Below, one piece after another: positions 13,801 to 26,420 of a stretch of DNA of 64,000 bases. This DNA is from Eledone cirrhosa. Taxonomy: Eukaryota. Where the stretch lies: assembly GCA_964016885.1 (NCBI GenBank), contig OZ024749.1:22568001-22632000 (forward strand), written 5' to 3'. Every line of letters starts with the position of its first letter. Position 1 is the first letter of the stretch. Position numbers and translations under genes: made by a program. The notes under the pieces are model-generated. The model worked only from the letters and a program-made list of their open reading frames with translations, was not told where the DNA came from and searched no databases.

Positions 13801-14269
13801 CAGGGTGATCCACTGGCACCTGTGCAAAGTAAACAATCTACCACATTCTGAGAAATGGTATGAGCATAGGCCAGAGGCGGTGATGGAGAACAGTCAGGTG
13901 AAGGTGCTGTGGGATTTTAGGATACAGACGGACAAAAAACTGGAACACAATAGACCTGACCTGGTGGTTGTGGACAAAGAAAAAAGATCGTGCCTGATTG
14001 TGGATGTGGCCTGCCCGTTCGACACGAGAGTGAAAGAGAAGGAGAGGGAGAAAATTAACCGATACCAGGACCTAAAGTGGGAGGTGAAAAGGATTTGGAA
14101 CTGCCATGAAGTCAAAGTGATCCCGATTGTCATAGGCGCACTGGGGACTATCTCCAAAAGTTTCCAGGGATGGTTAAAGAAAATCGGCCCCTTCACGCTT
14201 TTTGGAACGCTTCAAAAGGCATGCTTGCTTGGAACGGCAAGAACCCTCCGATACGTCCTGAATATCTGA
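10877..14269 (+). pseudogene. R4/Dong-clade non-LTR retrotransposon ORF (RT + CCHC + restriction-like endonuclease), one premature stop
   Basis: 10877-11176 and 11219-14269 are in the same frame, separated by TAG at 11174 (probably TGG). RT motifs KSPGPDG, YRPITCL, DYRKAFD, GIFQGDSLSP, LFMDD. CRICGEREETVAHIVSEC; RH; RPDLVVVD..IVDVACP..KINRY. The 3' UTR ends in (AAT)n at 14343-14377. Confidence 0.93.
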
Positions 14270-14377
14270 GGCTGCAGGTAGTGGCTTGATATTCAATCCA
14301 ACGGACTTTCCAGTTAACCAACATCAATGACTGAGATTCAAGGAATAACAATAACAATAATAATAATAATAATAATA

Positions 14378-14680
14378 GGATTTGGAACTGCCATGAAGTC
14401 TGCCATGAAGTCAAAGTGATCCCGATTGTCATAGGCGCACTGGGGACTATCTCCAAAAGTTTCCAGGGATGGTTAAAGAAAATCGGCCCCTTCACGCTTT
14501 TTGGAACGCTTCAAAAGGCATGCTTGCTTGGAACAGCAAGAACCCTCCGATACGTCCTGAATATCTGAGGCTGCAGGTAGTGGCTTGATATTCAATCCAA
14601 CGGACTTTCCAGTTAACCAACATCAATGACTGAGATTCAAGGAATAACAATAACAATAATAATAATAATAATAATAATAA
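14378..14680 (+). mobile_element. 5'-truncated second copy of the same Dong-like element (3' ~290 bp)
   Basis: Near-identical to 14091-14377; 12-bp internal duplication TGCCATGAAGTC; own (AAT)n tail. Confidence 0.92.
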
Positions 14681-17600
14681 GAGGCTATATTGATAGTAAC
14701 AAACTAGCCAATATACGAAGAAATATTGTAAGAAAAAAGTTACTAACTGATATAGAAATTGATCAGATCAAGCTAGTAGCACAAAGTCAGCGAAGGGAAA
14801 ATGAAGCATGTGTCAGTGAAAATGAGGTAAACTGTAACACTTCGAATCCCAGGGTTGGGGCGGAATCACTGGCAACAGAACAAATTAAAGAAAGGAGCGA
14901 AAAAGTGGAGGGAGTGCATGCTCAGGATGAAACTCCAAATGAAAATAATGAGATCGTAAATGATAAAGAAATGAATGAGAATGAACTTGCCAACTTTAAG
15001 GATGAAATTATGATCGAATGGATGAAAATGAAAGAATCTGACATGGGGGAACGAGACACCCTCCCTAAGATCCAGGACTCCAAACAGAACCAAAAGATAA
15101 TACACAAGACTAACATAATTCTCAAAAACATTATCATCACAAACAAACTAAACATTACTGACTTAAATCATCTCTATTATGCATCGGCTAAAGTCACCAC
15201 TCACTTATGTGGAGTGAAGATGAAAAAACAAAGGAATTCCCACAAGAAATCTACTTGGCAAGATAACATCAATCGCCAAATAAACCTTCTCCGATCTGAC
15301 ATAGAAATTTTAACAAACTATAAAGTAGGTGAACATGTTAAACAAACTAAACTTAGAAAATTGAAAAAAAAGTACAGTATAAGATCAACATGTGACATAG
15401 ACATGCTGATAGAAACAATCAAGCAAAAAGTGTCGGCCAAAGCTGCTCGTATAAGGCGCTTTGAAAAACGATCTAGATTCTATACGGACAATAATATGTT
15501 CAAAAACAACAAAAGAAACTTCTACAGAAAAATTGGTAAGTCAACAATAACTGCTAAATCAATACCACCCAAGGAGGAAGTGCAAGAATTCTGGGAAAAG
15601 ATCTGGGCCGAAGAAAAAGTTCATAACATACATGCCCCATGGATAGACAGACAAATGAAAGAAACAGCTCACCTTGAAGAACAAACATGGGAAAATATAA
15701 CAGTTGAACAGCTGCGCTTGGCTCTAAGAAAAACCAGCAAATGGAAATCCCCAGGAAAAGACAAAATACAAAACTTTTGGATAAATGCCTTCACAGAGTC
15801 TCATGAGCTGTTAGCCCAACTTTACAATGAAATAGTTAAGGAGCCAGAAAAGATACCATCATGGCTAGTTAACGGCATTACATTCCTGCTACCGAAGAAT
15901 GATGAGACAAACAATCCCAAAAATTACAGACCGATAACCTGCTTGACCACACTGTATAACATTTTAACATCAGTCCTAACTGAATACACATATGACCACC
16001 TGATAACAAATGACCTATTTCCCATTGAGCAGAAAGGGTGTAAATGAGGCTCATATGGCTGTAAGGATCAGCTTCTGGTTAACAAAATGATACTGGAAGA
16101 TTGTCATAATAGACACAAAAATCTATCGATTGCTTGGATAGATTATAAAAAAGCATTTGATAGTTTGCCACACAGTTGGATTGAAAAATGTTTAGAGATT
16201 TTCAAAATATCCCCCGTTGTCAGGAGGTTTTTGTCATTCAGTATGAGGACATGGAGAACGACACTCCTTTTGAATAGTGAAACAAAATCACTGGAAGCTG
16301 GAGAAGTTAACATTAATTGTGGAATTTTTCAGGGTGACTCTTTATCACCGCTTTTATTCTGCATCGCACTTATACCATTAAGTAAAATGCTCAATGAAAC
16401 AAAACATGGATATAGAGTCTATGACAAAACCATTAATCACCTGTTCTACATGGATGACCTGAAACTATTTGCAAACAATGATGAACAATTGCAAGGGCTA
16501 TTATCCACTGTGAAGCAGTTCAGTGATGACATTAAAATGGAGTTTGGACTGGATAAATGCGCCAAAGCAACGTTCACCAGAGGAAAGCTGCTGAAGAGTT
16601 CAGACATTAATCTTGATCGGGGGAACGTGATAAGAGAGCTTGATCATGAACAAACTTACAAATATCTAGGTGTTTGTGAAGGAGACGGAATCAAGCACTC
16701 GACAATGAGGGAAAGGATAAGGAAGGAATGTTACCGCAGAGTCAGAGCAATCTTAAGAACGGAAATGAATGCAAGGAATATGATCGATGCCATAAACACG
16801 CTTGCCATACCAGTAGTAACCTACAGTTACAATGTCATCAACTGGTCAAGCACAGAGATCCGTAGGCTCGATACAAAAATCCGAAAATTCTTAACCATGC
16901 ACAGAATGCATCACCCTAAGGCAGACATAGATAGAATATATCTCCCTAGGAAAGAAGGAGGACGTGGGTTAATCCAGTTAGACATTGCGTTGAAAACTGC
17001 AACAATTGGATTATCCACATATCTAAGGGAATCACATGATTGGATGATCAAACTCGTTTTGAAACACGAAAGCACCAAAAGATCATATTCCATTACAAAA
17101 GATGCACAAAGATACAGTAATGGACTACAAATTTCAGAAGTCCCATTTACTGCTGAAATGGAAAACACAGAAAAAGCAAAGCAGGTAAAAGTAACTGCAA
17201 AGAAAGAACTGCTACAGAAACTGGCTAAGAAATGGCAAGAAAAGCCTCTGTATGGAAAATACCCAGAGCGAGCTAACAATCCTGATGTTGACAAAACTTT
17301 AACCCATCAGTGGTTGGCATCCTCTGGACTGAAATCGGAGACTGAAGGACTGATTATATCGGCACAAGATCAGTGTCTGCCAACAAAAAATTACCAAGCC
17401 AACATAATAAAAAATGGGTGCAGCCCATTATGCCGTGTATGCAAAAAACAACCAGAGACCATTGACCATATAATTTCAATGTGCAGTCCTATAGCTCCAA
17501 CCGAATACCTAAACAGGCATGACAGAGCTGCACAATACATACATTGGATAATGTGTAAGCATTTTGACCTGCCCCATCAAAAGAATTGGTGGGAACATCA

Positions 17601-18145
17601 ACCACCTCCCATACTTGAAAAAGATCACATCTCAATCTTGTGGAACTTTAGCATCCAAACAGACCGAAAAATAGATGTAAATAGACCTGATATAATATTG
17701 AAGGACTTTCAAAGGAGGGTATGCCTGCTAATTGATATGTCTGTTCCAATAGACAAGAATGTATCTATAAAAACATTTGAAAAATTGAGCAAGTATAAGG
17801 ACCTGGAGATAGAAATTGGAAAAATGTGGAAATTGAGAACTAAAACAATACCAGTGGTTGTAGGCGCTCTGGGAATGATACCTAAGGGGTCTAACGACTA
17901 CTTATCGCAATCCCAGGAAACCCGCGTATAGGAGAAATACAAAAGATAGTACTAATGGGAACTGCCCATATACTAAGGAAGATCCTGTCAATATAAGTAC
18001 ATCACAAGTCTAAACACTAAGGATGCATGTGTGAATATGTATGTTCTTTCTTGAACATGGCGGACCTTGTTGTCTCTTGAGGTCACTGGTTGTGACTTGG
18101 TGATAACTCGTATAAACATAAAGCAAGATAAATGCAAATAATAAT

Positions 18146-18150
<5 letters not shown>
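14681..18150 (+). mobile_element. Second, distinct R4/Dong-clade element, slightly 5'-truncated, disrupted ORF
   Basis: RT (KSPGKD, YRPITCL, GIFQGDSLSP, FYMDD), CRVCKKQPETIDHIISMC, RPDIILKD..LIDMSVP. In-frame TGA at 16045 and a frameshift at ~17909 (the true end GTAHILRKILSI* is at 17996). Ends in (TAA)n. Confidence 0.92.
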
Positions 18151-18218
<68 letters not shown>

Positions 18219-18254
18219 AATTACATGAATCATAGTTCTGTTCAAATCATTTAT

Positions 18255-18303
18255 TCGCTTACAATTGTTTCTTCCAAACCGAGGTTTGGTGTCTTCGGAG
18301 CAA
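18255..18303 (-). ncRNA. Type I hammerhead motif, CCGAAGA core variant
   Basis: Inverted copy of 19495-19543. Confidence 0.65.
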
Positions 18304-19494
18304 TTTTTCAATGATTGTTTACATACTTGACCTCCTTTTCAACACAAGAGACATACAGAAACTTATGTATATATTGATGCACAGTGGGTTGACATCCATT
18401 ATAATATTTAAGCATGGCAGATTACATTTAAAGATTAAAGTCATATTAAAAGAAAATTACAACAAAATTAAAGTTATAATACAACATTGGCAGTCTATGA
18501 AGATGATGCAGGAGGATAGTTAGAAGTAGTTAGCTACACGTGGGCCATGCACGTATGTCCTATTTATATAAGATTATAGTGCGGCAAGATGTTATATGGA
18601 ATATAAGCACTTTAAGCGGGCAATCAAGAGTATTATGGGGGTTGTATAGTATTTTATATCCGTGATATAGAAGCTTGTGTGCAGAGAAATATTTAAAATA
18701 TTAAGAATGAGAAGCAAAACAGTGTTATGGTTTTTCGTATACACCACCATTTTCACAATACAGGAAAGGTAATATATAGATTATATGTCCTTCACATAAT
18801 CTACGATGATTCAATATTGGATGCTTGATGAATTAGGTTGGAATATTACATCTTGATGTTCTTTAATCCAATATTATATAGCAGGTTGTTTTTGTTCCGA
18901 GGCTTAACATCGTATTATTTTCCGGAAGTGATTAAAGAACATCAAGATGTAATATTCCACCCTAATTCATCAAGCATCCAATATTGAATCATTGTCGATT
19001 ATGTGAAGGACATATAATCTATATATTACGTTTCCTGGATTGTGAAAATGGTGGTGTATACGAAAAACCATAACACTGTTTTACTTCTCATTCTTAATAT
19101 TTTAAATATTTCTCTGCACACAAGCTTCTATATCATACATATAAAATACTATACAACCCCCATAATACTCTTGATTGCCCGCTTAAAGTTTTTATATTCC
19201 ATATAACACCTTGCCGCACTATAATCTCATATAAATAGGACACACGTCCGTGCCCCACGTGTAACTAACTACTTCTAACTATCCTCCTGCATCATCTTCA
19301 TAGACTGCCAATGTTGTATTATAACTTTAATTTTGTTGTAATTTTCTTTTAATATGACTTTAATCTTTAAATGTAATCTGCCATGCTTAAATATTATAAT
19401 GGATGTCAACCCACTGTGCATCAATATATACATAAGTTTCTGTATGTCTCTTGTGTTGAAAAGGAGGTCAAGTATGTAAACAATCATTGAAAAA

Positions 19495-19543
19495 TTGCTC
19501 CGAAGACACCAAACCTCGGTTTGGAAGAAACAATTGTAAGCGA
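19495..19543 (+). ncRNA. Type I hammerhead motif, CCGAAGA core variant
   Basis: TTGCT-CCGAAGA-CA-CCAAACC-TC-GGTTTGG-AA-GAAA-CAATTG-TA-AGCGA: palindromic stem III, GUA site. Confidence 0.65.
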
Positions 19544-19763
19544 ATAAATGGTTTGAACAGAACTTTGATTCACGTAATTTCTATATAACTGCTCTGTAGA
19601 ACAACTGATGTTATTACATTGAGCTATTTATCTTACTGGTAATAAGGTAGTAATAACTTACTGTCTTTCACTGTTTAGGGTTTAAAATATATATAACTAT
19701 AAAAGGTTTTAGTGTACACATAACCATAAATAGTATCCTTAATACTATATATATATATATATA

Positions 19764-19800
<37 letters not shown>

Positions 19801-20247
19801 TTCAAATGCCACCCTTCTGTTGAGAACTCTATTCGATTTGTGATGTTTTTGCATTCTTGCAAAAATATACACAACTGAATTCATTCGCCTGATATAGGGG
19901 TTGCCTCCCTTGCCGATCCCCACGTGGGGTCAGCAATAGTCAGTCCTTGTATTAACATTTAACTAAAACCTGTTGAGAAAGTGGCTTCCTTTTTCAATCA
20001 TCTTACCAGAAGCCTGACATTATTTATGTAAGCGGACGGTACTTGATTTAGGAGCCGCAGAAACCCATATACAGGATTTTACCAACCTTCCAAGGGTCCG
20101 GGTAAATTTTCAATACCCGAATTATTTGATCGTTTTTTTGGCTATGCGAATATTTGTTTAACCATCGTCTCAGTGTGTCTGGCATTTAACGTTTGTTATA
20201 GCTCTGGTTCATCTGAATCATTGAGCACTTGCCGCACATCTTACAAA

Positions 20248-20345
20248 GAGGTAAGGGAGTGTAATAATTAAAGGAAAGTATGTTCCATTTTTATAAATAT
20301 ATCGAGATTGATACTTTCCTTTAATTATTACACTCCCTTACCTCT
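20248..20345. repeat. 35-bp perfect inverted repeat
   Basis: AGAGGTAAGGGAGTGTAATAATTAAAGGAAAGTAT and its reverse complement, 28-bp spacer. Confidence 0.9.
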
Positions 20346-20670
20346 TTTACTTCCGCATCTAAGTGTACGTGTGTGTAGGTGTGTTTATGCGCGCGCCTTC
20401 ATATTCATATTCTTATGATGTATCTATTCTGTCTGTAGATTACAGACATACAGATACATTTGCCCTAAATTTTATATTTACGCACACTTTTTCACTATAC
20501 GTATACATATGTGCATACACATATATGCACATCTGTGAGCGTATATACATATACACACACCTAACTATATTTCTTGAAAGATTATTATATATTTCATATT
20601 CTAATTCATTTGTCTATATCTTTTTTTGATTTTCTTGACGAGACTTTCCAAGTATTTACCCATGTTTCAT

Positions 20671-20748
20671 ATTGCCTCGTCTGACGAACGAATGAAGACG
20701 CTTCTTTCGTATTCGCCTCATTCGGGAAACCTCTGGTAATGAGGTAAT
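20671..20748 (+). ncRNA. Type I hammerhead ribozyme
   Basis: 10-bp stem I ATTGCCTCGT/ATGAGGTAAT (2 GU), CTGACGA, stem II CGAATGA/TCATTCG, GAAA, stem III CC-TCT-GG, GUA triplet at 20736-20738. Confidence 0.82.
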
Positions 20749-20863
20749 TATATTGTATTGATTTTTATACATTAAATTTTGCTCTGATACTTACATAGAG
20801 CACTCTTCACTTCTATGACCTTTTCTGTTTTCAACGGAAATTTCAATACTTATATATATGTAT

Positions 20864-21270
20864 ATAGTTTCAGAAGATCCACTTAACGGTGAAAGCAGCA
20901 GTTCTTGGCTAAACTTTAATCTGTTATTTTAATAAATATTTGCTCTACGGTTCTTATATATTTGATATATATGTTATCCTTATCTAGCCCTCTTCGGATT
21001 TTAGTCTCCAGATTTATTATTATTACTACACACACATATATATATATATGTTTGTATGTATATATATATATATATAATGAAGGAATTGTGGTAAGGAACC
21101 AGATGGACGATAACGCACCAAAGTACTCAATACATAGGGTAGTAGAGTGGGTAATAGGAACAAATATGACCCCGACGGCAGAGCTCAAGCCGTTTCGACG
21201 GCTATTTCTGGAGTCCAGAAATAGCCGTCGATCGGTTTGAACTCTGCCGTCGGGGTCATACTTGTTCCTA
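20864..21270 (+). mobile_element. Composite: CAGAAGA HHR-like segment + microsatellite + AACGAAGG-family repeat
   Basis: Near-identical inverted copy at 52893-53262, including the internal microsatellite. Confidence 0.7.
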
Positions 21271-21332
21271 TATATATATATATATATAGTTAAATAAGAT
21301 ACAAGGACGATTGGTTACTCCTTCATTAGGTT

Positions 21333-21432
21333 TATTGGTTGGAGACGCGCGTTTCGCCACTGCCCAGCTCAAGGTTCGATCTGTATCTATCTGATCTGGC
21401 TCTGTAATCCGCGGCTCATCAGACCCGGAATA
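21333..21432 (-). ncRNA. Type I hammerhead motif with long stem II
   Basis: CTGATGA-GCCGC...GTGGC-GAAA-CGCGCG-TC (GUC site); stem I imperfect; partial relative at 38080-38197. Confidence 0.7.
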
Positions 21433-21512
21433 CAGAGTCAGGTCAGATCGAGTACCTAACGTTTTGTGGTTACCCCCGATTGAATCAGTGATAAACATTA
21501 TATATATATATT

Positions 21513-21693
21513 CGGTGGATTGGCAGTATCGGTAGAGTGTCGGACGCCATGCTTTCTAGCATAGTTACGTCCCTTTACGATCTGAGTTCAAATCCCGCCG
21601 AGGTTGACTTTGCCTTTCATCCTTACGGGGTCGATAAAATAAAGTACCAGTAATACACTGGAGAATTGCTGGCCTTGTGCCTAAAGTAGAAAC

Positions 21694-21699
<6 letters not shown>
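21513..21699 (+). mobile_element. SINE family A, near full length
   Basis: A box TGGCAGTATCGG, B box GAGTTCAAATCC, 3' end GTAGAAACAATTAT. Confidence 0.88.
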
Positions 21700-21766
<67 letters not shown>

Positions 21767-22144
21767 CTGGCCAAAAATCTGAGAGAGGCCGGCTATAGAA
21801 AGTGTAGCGTCAATGGTAAAGCACCAAAATGGAATCAGCCGGTCGGCTGGAACCTGTGAAAGGGTATACAAGTATATATGTAGAAAGACAGAGAGAGAGA
21901 ATGAATGAGAGTGAGTTAGTTGGTGTACCCAGGAAATAGCGATAGTAGGAAACATTGTCGTTAACATATGACATTCATTAGAAGATCTGATGTCACAAAG
22001 AAACAAGTTGCATAAAGTAAAGATATGTTCTGAAAATATATCTTACTGTGGCTCCTCACCGATACAACTGTATATATATTCATCGAAAACATTTTGAATA
22101 CATCTTCTCTTTTCATTATATTTGGATTACATTGATTACATTTA

Positions 22145-22334
22145 GGCGGTGGATTGGCAGTATCGGTAGAGGGTCGGACGCCATGCCTTGACGCAAAGAG
22201 TTACGGCCCTTGCCAGTCTGAGTTCAAATCCCGCCGAGGTTAACTTTGCCTTTCAACCTTACGGGGTCGATAAAATAAAGTACCAGTAATGTACTGGGTA
22301 ATTGCTGGCCTTGTGCCAAAAGTAGAAACAATTA
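22145..22334 (+). mobile_element. SINE family A with target-site duplication
   Basis: Full consensus; ATTATATTTGGATTACATTGA at 22115 and 22331. Confidence 0.9.
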
Positions 22335-22398
22335 TATTTGGATTACATTGAGGTCTTCATACGGATTGGACACCACCGTATATTTTCGTAGATTTATC

Positions 22399-22427
<29 letters not shown>

Positions 22428-22433
<6 letters not shown>

Positions 22434-22506
22434 ATACTTTGAGAGGGTCATGTTGCCAACACACGATTTCAGATAAAGAATCTTGCTAAACAAATTCAGA
22501 ACCGAA

Positions 22507-22507
<1 letters not shown>
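22428..22507. mobile_element. Very short PLE insertion (inverted piece + 3' terminus)
   Basis: Inverse of ~4531-4563 joined to a direct copy of ~4573-4620, within (TA)n. Confidence 0.7.
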
Positions 22508-22543
<36 letters not shown>

Positions 22544-23111
22544 GGAAAATATTTAACCCCGACGGCAGAGCTGAAGCCGTTTCGACGGCTATTTCTGTCT
22601 AGTTATAGCCGTCGAAACGGCTTGAGCTCTGCCGTCGGGGTTAAACATTTTCCTATTATCCACTCTATTACGTATGTAGGGTGTGTGTATATGTGTACTT
22701 TGTGTTTTTTTCTATGTACGTATCCGAACATATGTATATTTACATGTAGGTATGTGTGTACGTGCGTTAAATGCGTATTTATTTATTTATATACGTTTAT
22801 ATAATAATATGTATACACGCACACACACACATATAAATGTAGATATATTTTTAAGTATATTTTATGTGTATTTGGTGTATACATTCGTATGTGTGCGGGT
22901 ACAGGTGTTGCGTGGGTTCTGTATGTGCGTGCGGGTTTTTTTTGTGTACGTGCTTGTATATGTATACCTATGGCGAGTGTTTTCGCGTATGCTTGTGTAT
23001 GTACGTATTTGGATGCGTGTATGGCTTCATTTAATTTCAATTACCTCTGTATTTTATTTACTTTATTCTTAACTCTGAAGCCGAGAATCATTCGGTTTCC
23101 TAGTTAGAATT

Positions 23112-23512
23112 TTAGTCTATGACTTCAGTTATACCATTTACGTGGTTTTGTCTTTGCGTGCAATTGTTCTCCCCGCTCCACATAATGACGTATTTTCTTT
23201 GTTTTTTCCGTTCATTGCCAGAGAACGTCTCCACGAACCACCTAATAGAGTATTAGTCTACGACTTCTTTTATACCGTAAACGTGATTTTGTTTTTCACC
23301 GCCCCAAATAATGACGCGTTATCTTCGTTTTTTTTCCGTTCTTTGCCAGGGAACGATTCCACGAACCAAAGTATCGTCTTCCTGTCTTCCTCCGGTTGCA
23401 ACGTTTTTTGAAATATTCACTTCTGCGTTCACAGATTGACTTTTTTAGTTTCAGAAGATCCCGTTAAGGGTTCTAGCAGCGAATCTTTGCTTAAACTTTA
23501 ATCTGTTATTTT

Positions 23513-23520
<8 letters not shown>
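23112..23520 (+). repeat. Diverged ~140-bp tandem pair followed by degenerate CAGAAGA HHR-like segment
   Basis: TTAGTCTAYGACTTC..CCACGAACCA twice; 23446-23520 is similar to 20864-20935. Confidence 0.55.
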
Positions 23521-23587
<67 letters not shown>

Positions 23588-23765
23588 TTATAAATATATA
23601 TATATATTATATATATATATATAACGAGGGAAATGTGGTAAAGAACCAGATGGACCATAACGCACCAGAGGACTCAATACTTAGGGTAGTAGAGTGGGTA
23701 ATAGGAATATTTCTAGAAATAGCCGTCGAAACGGCTTGAGCTCTGCCGTCGGGATCATACGTATC

Positions 23766-23872
<107 letters not shown>

Positions 23873-24011
23873 AATAAATTCGTTTTCAAATATAGTTCAA
23901 GGAGAAATTTGTAGTGAGCAGCACTTTTAGAATTTGTACCAGAAGATCACAAACGATGAAGTTGATAGACAAAGATTGTCATATCAATGAAGGTTATCTA
24001 TAGAGACAACG

Positions 24012-24100
24012 GACAGACTCTAACAGACTCACAGACACTAACAGACTCACATACACTAACAGACTTACAGGCACTAACAGACTCACAGGCACTAACACAC
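24012..24100. repeat. 18-bp minisatellite
   Basis: ACTAACAGACTCACAGRC, about 5 copies. Confidence 0.85.
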
Positions 24101-24217
24101 TTTGTTATACGAATACACACGCCACACTCAGACACAACTTCTTAAACAGACAAGGAGAAAAATTTAGTCGTTCTAGATATCTAACCACATTTAACAATTA
24201 TATATAGACAGACATGA

Positions 24218-24280
<63 letters not shown>

Positions 24281-24393
24281 TATATGTATATATATGTATA
24301 TATATATATATATACATATATATACATATATATTTATATATATACATATATATATATATATATAAATATATATGTATATATATGTATATATAT

Positions 24394-24446
<53 letters not shown>

Positions 24447-24447
24447 C

Positions 24448-24514
<67 letters not shown>

Positions 24515-25116
24515 TATATACAAATATATATATATATATATATTGATGAAGATTATGTCTACAGACCGACACACACACGCATACACATATATACACATAT
24601 ACAAAGATCGCTCCACTGTCATACACATCCATCACACATATACACACACAACAACACAGACATATATGTAGACACTACCCACTTTAACACACACACACAC
24701 ACCACTACACCACGGCCCCTTCCCCCCACACACAGCACGGTCCCTCCCACACACACATACACTCACACTCACTCCATTGTCAGACACATACAGATACATA
24801 CACTTAAAACATTCAAGTTCACTGACATTCGATATCTAGTAAAGATAGCTTTTCTGTGAACGGTAAACGAACTAATCGATAATATTTTGTGAGATTTGGC
24901 AATCATGTCGCTTAGCAACGTATTTATAGACATTTTCATTTTAAAGTAATAACGAAGGATTATGGTTTATAATTTATTTGTCTCCCACCCCTTTTTAAAT
25001 AAATACTGCGATCCACAGTTGAATGAATCGTTATGGAGTTGGAATAACGAACGAAAAACTCTGAAATTCTGTTTTGTTTTTAGAATCTTTCATTAATATA
25101 TTTTTACCAGCATTGC

Positions 25117-25147
<31 letters not shown>

Positions 25148-25251
25148 TGTATGTATGTATGTATGTATGTATGTATGTATGTATGTATGTATGTATGTAT
25201 GTATGTATGAATGTATGTATGTATGTAGTATGTATGCATGTAGAATGTATG

Positions 25252-25284
<33 letters not shown>

Positions 25285-25297
25285 GTATATATATATG

Positions 25298-25331
<34 letters not shown>

Positions 25332-25368
25332 CATATGCATGTAGTATGTATGTATATATATATATCCA

Positions 25369-25465
<97 letters not shown>

Positions 25466-25563
25466 CGAAGGAAATGTGGTAAGGAACCAGGTGGACCATA
25501 ACGCACCAAAGTACTCAATACTTGGGGTAGTAGAGTGGGTAATAGGAACCGGTAAGACCGGTT

Positions 25564-25614
<51 letters not shown>

Positions 25615-25657
25615 TTATTAATTTTTTATTTTCCTGTTCCGTATAACCACTACCTGT

Positions 25658-25698
25658 CCGAGCTGAAAATCCGCATAAGTTGAAACGATTGTTCTCGG
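25658..25698 (+). ncRNA. Degenerate hammerhead motif
   Basis: CCGAG-CTGAAAA-...-GAAA-CGATTG-TT-CTCGG; G8 lost and stem II weak. Confidence 0.45.
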
Positions 25699-25778
25699 TA
25701 TGGTGAACAAACTTCAAAACTGGCTGGCCATATGGTGGAGCGCCTGTGGTATTTTGGTCAAACGTTTTCTCGCACACT

Positions 25779-26125
25779 GGAGGCCGAGGGCCTAGTGTTA
25801 TGTAATTTGGACTAACGATCATAATGTCGTGGGTTAATTCCCGGACTGGATTATGTGTTGTGTTCTTGGGCAACACGCTTCATTTCTCGTTGCTCCAGTA
25901 TACTCACCTCAAAATGAGTACCAGCATTAGCTGGTGGTTCAATCCTGCGATGAACTGGCGTCCTGCCCAGTGGGGGTGGGGTCTTGTGATCTCTGTCGCT
26001 TAACCCACACAGAAACCCTACTTAGCACCGACCTGGTGGGCCTTCTGGTTCGAGACAGGCTTTCCCCCTGCGATGGACTGGTGTCTTGTACCCTCAGTCG
26101 CTTAACGTCACGGGAACTGGGATAA
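25779..26125 (+). mobile_element. SINE family B with V-domain-like segment (duplicated)
   Basis: Degenerate tRNA head, GTGTTCTTGGGCAA..GTTGCTCCAG, then CCTGCGATGRACTGGYGTC twice. Confidence 0.6.
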
Positions 26126-26420
26126 GCACCAACCTGATGATTTTCTCGCTTTGAGACAGACTTTAGACATTTCTCACTCAGCAGGTATATCTGTAATTGC
26201 ACAATAACATCTACAATCAAAATATACGATCAATAACCACAACAGTAACCACGACAGTAACCACATCAGCAACAACAGGGACAGCAACAATAAAAGACCT
26301 GTCAACTCTCCCCGTTCGACGGTCAGATCTCCCACGGTGGGTGAGAGATGTTTTCTCTTTTGAAAATGGGTATAGCTTTCATTATGTAAAATCTCCCTTT
26401 TGAAAATGGGTATAGCTTTC

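Larger units (their letters stand above)
18217..19750. mobile_element. Large fold-back non-coding element (~650-bp inverted arms) with HHR, PLE pLTR-like
   Basis: 18217-18868 is the inverse of 18930-19582. The right arm continues to ~19750, then (TA)n. Diverged relative at 30185-30680. Confidence 0.8.

Noticed and set aside
16045-16047. In-frame TGA as selenocysteine or programmed readthrough
   Set aside because: It aligns to a basic residue in element 1 (KGCRK), fits CGA>TGA decay, and the element also has a frameshift
18311-19487. Identical 70-aa ORFs on both strands
   Set aside because: A consequence of the palindrome; not preserved in the 30.2 kb relative
19875-19946. HDV-like motif on the minus strand (..CCCCACGTGGGG..GGCGAATG)
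   Set aside because: It folds as simple hairpins with no consistent P1/P2 pseudoknot, and is more likely the 3' UTR of an unidentified LINE ending in (AAT)n
21513-21600. tRNA gene
   Set aside because: The A/B boxes belong to a multi-copy SINE head; there is no cloverleaf
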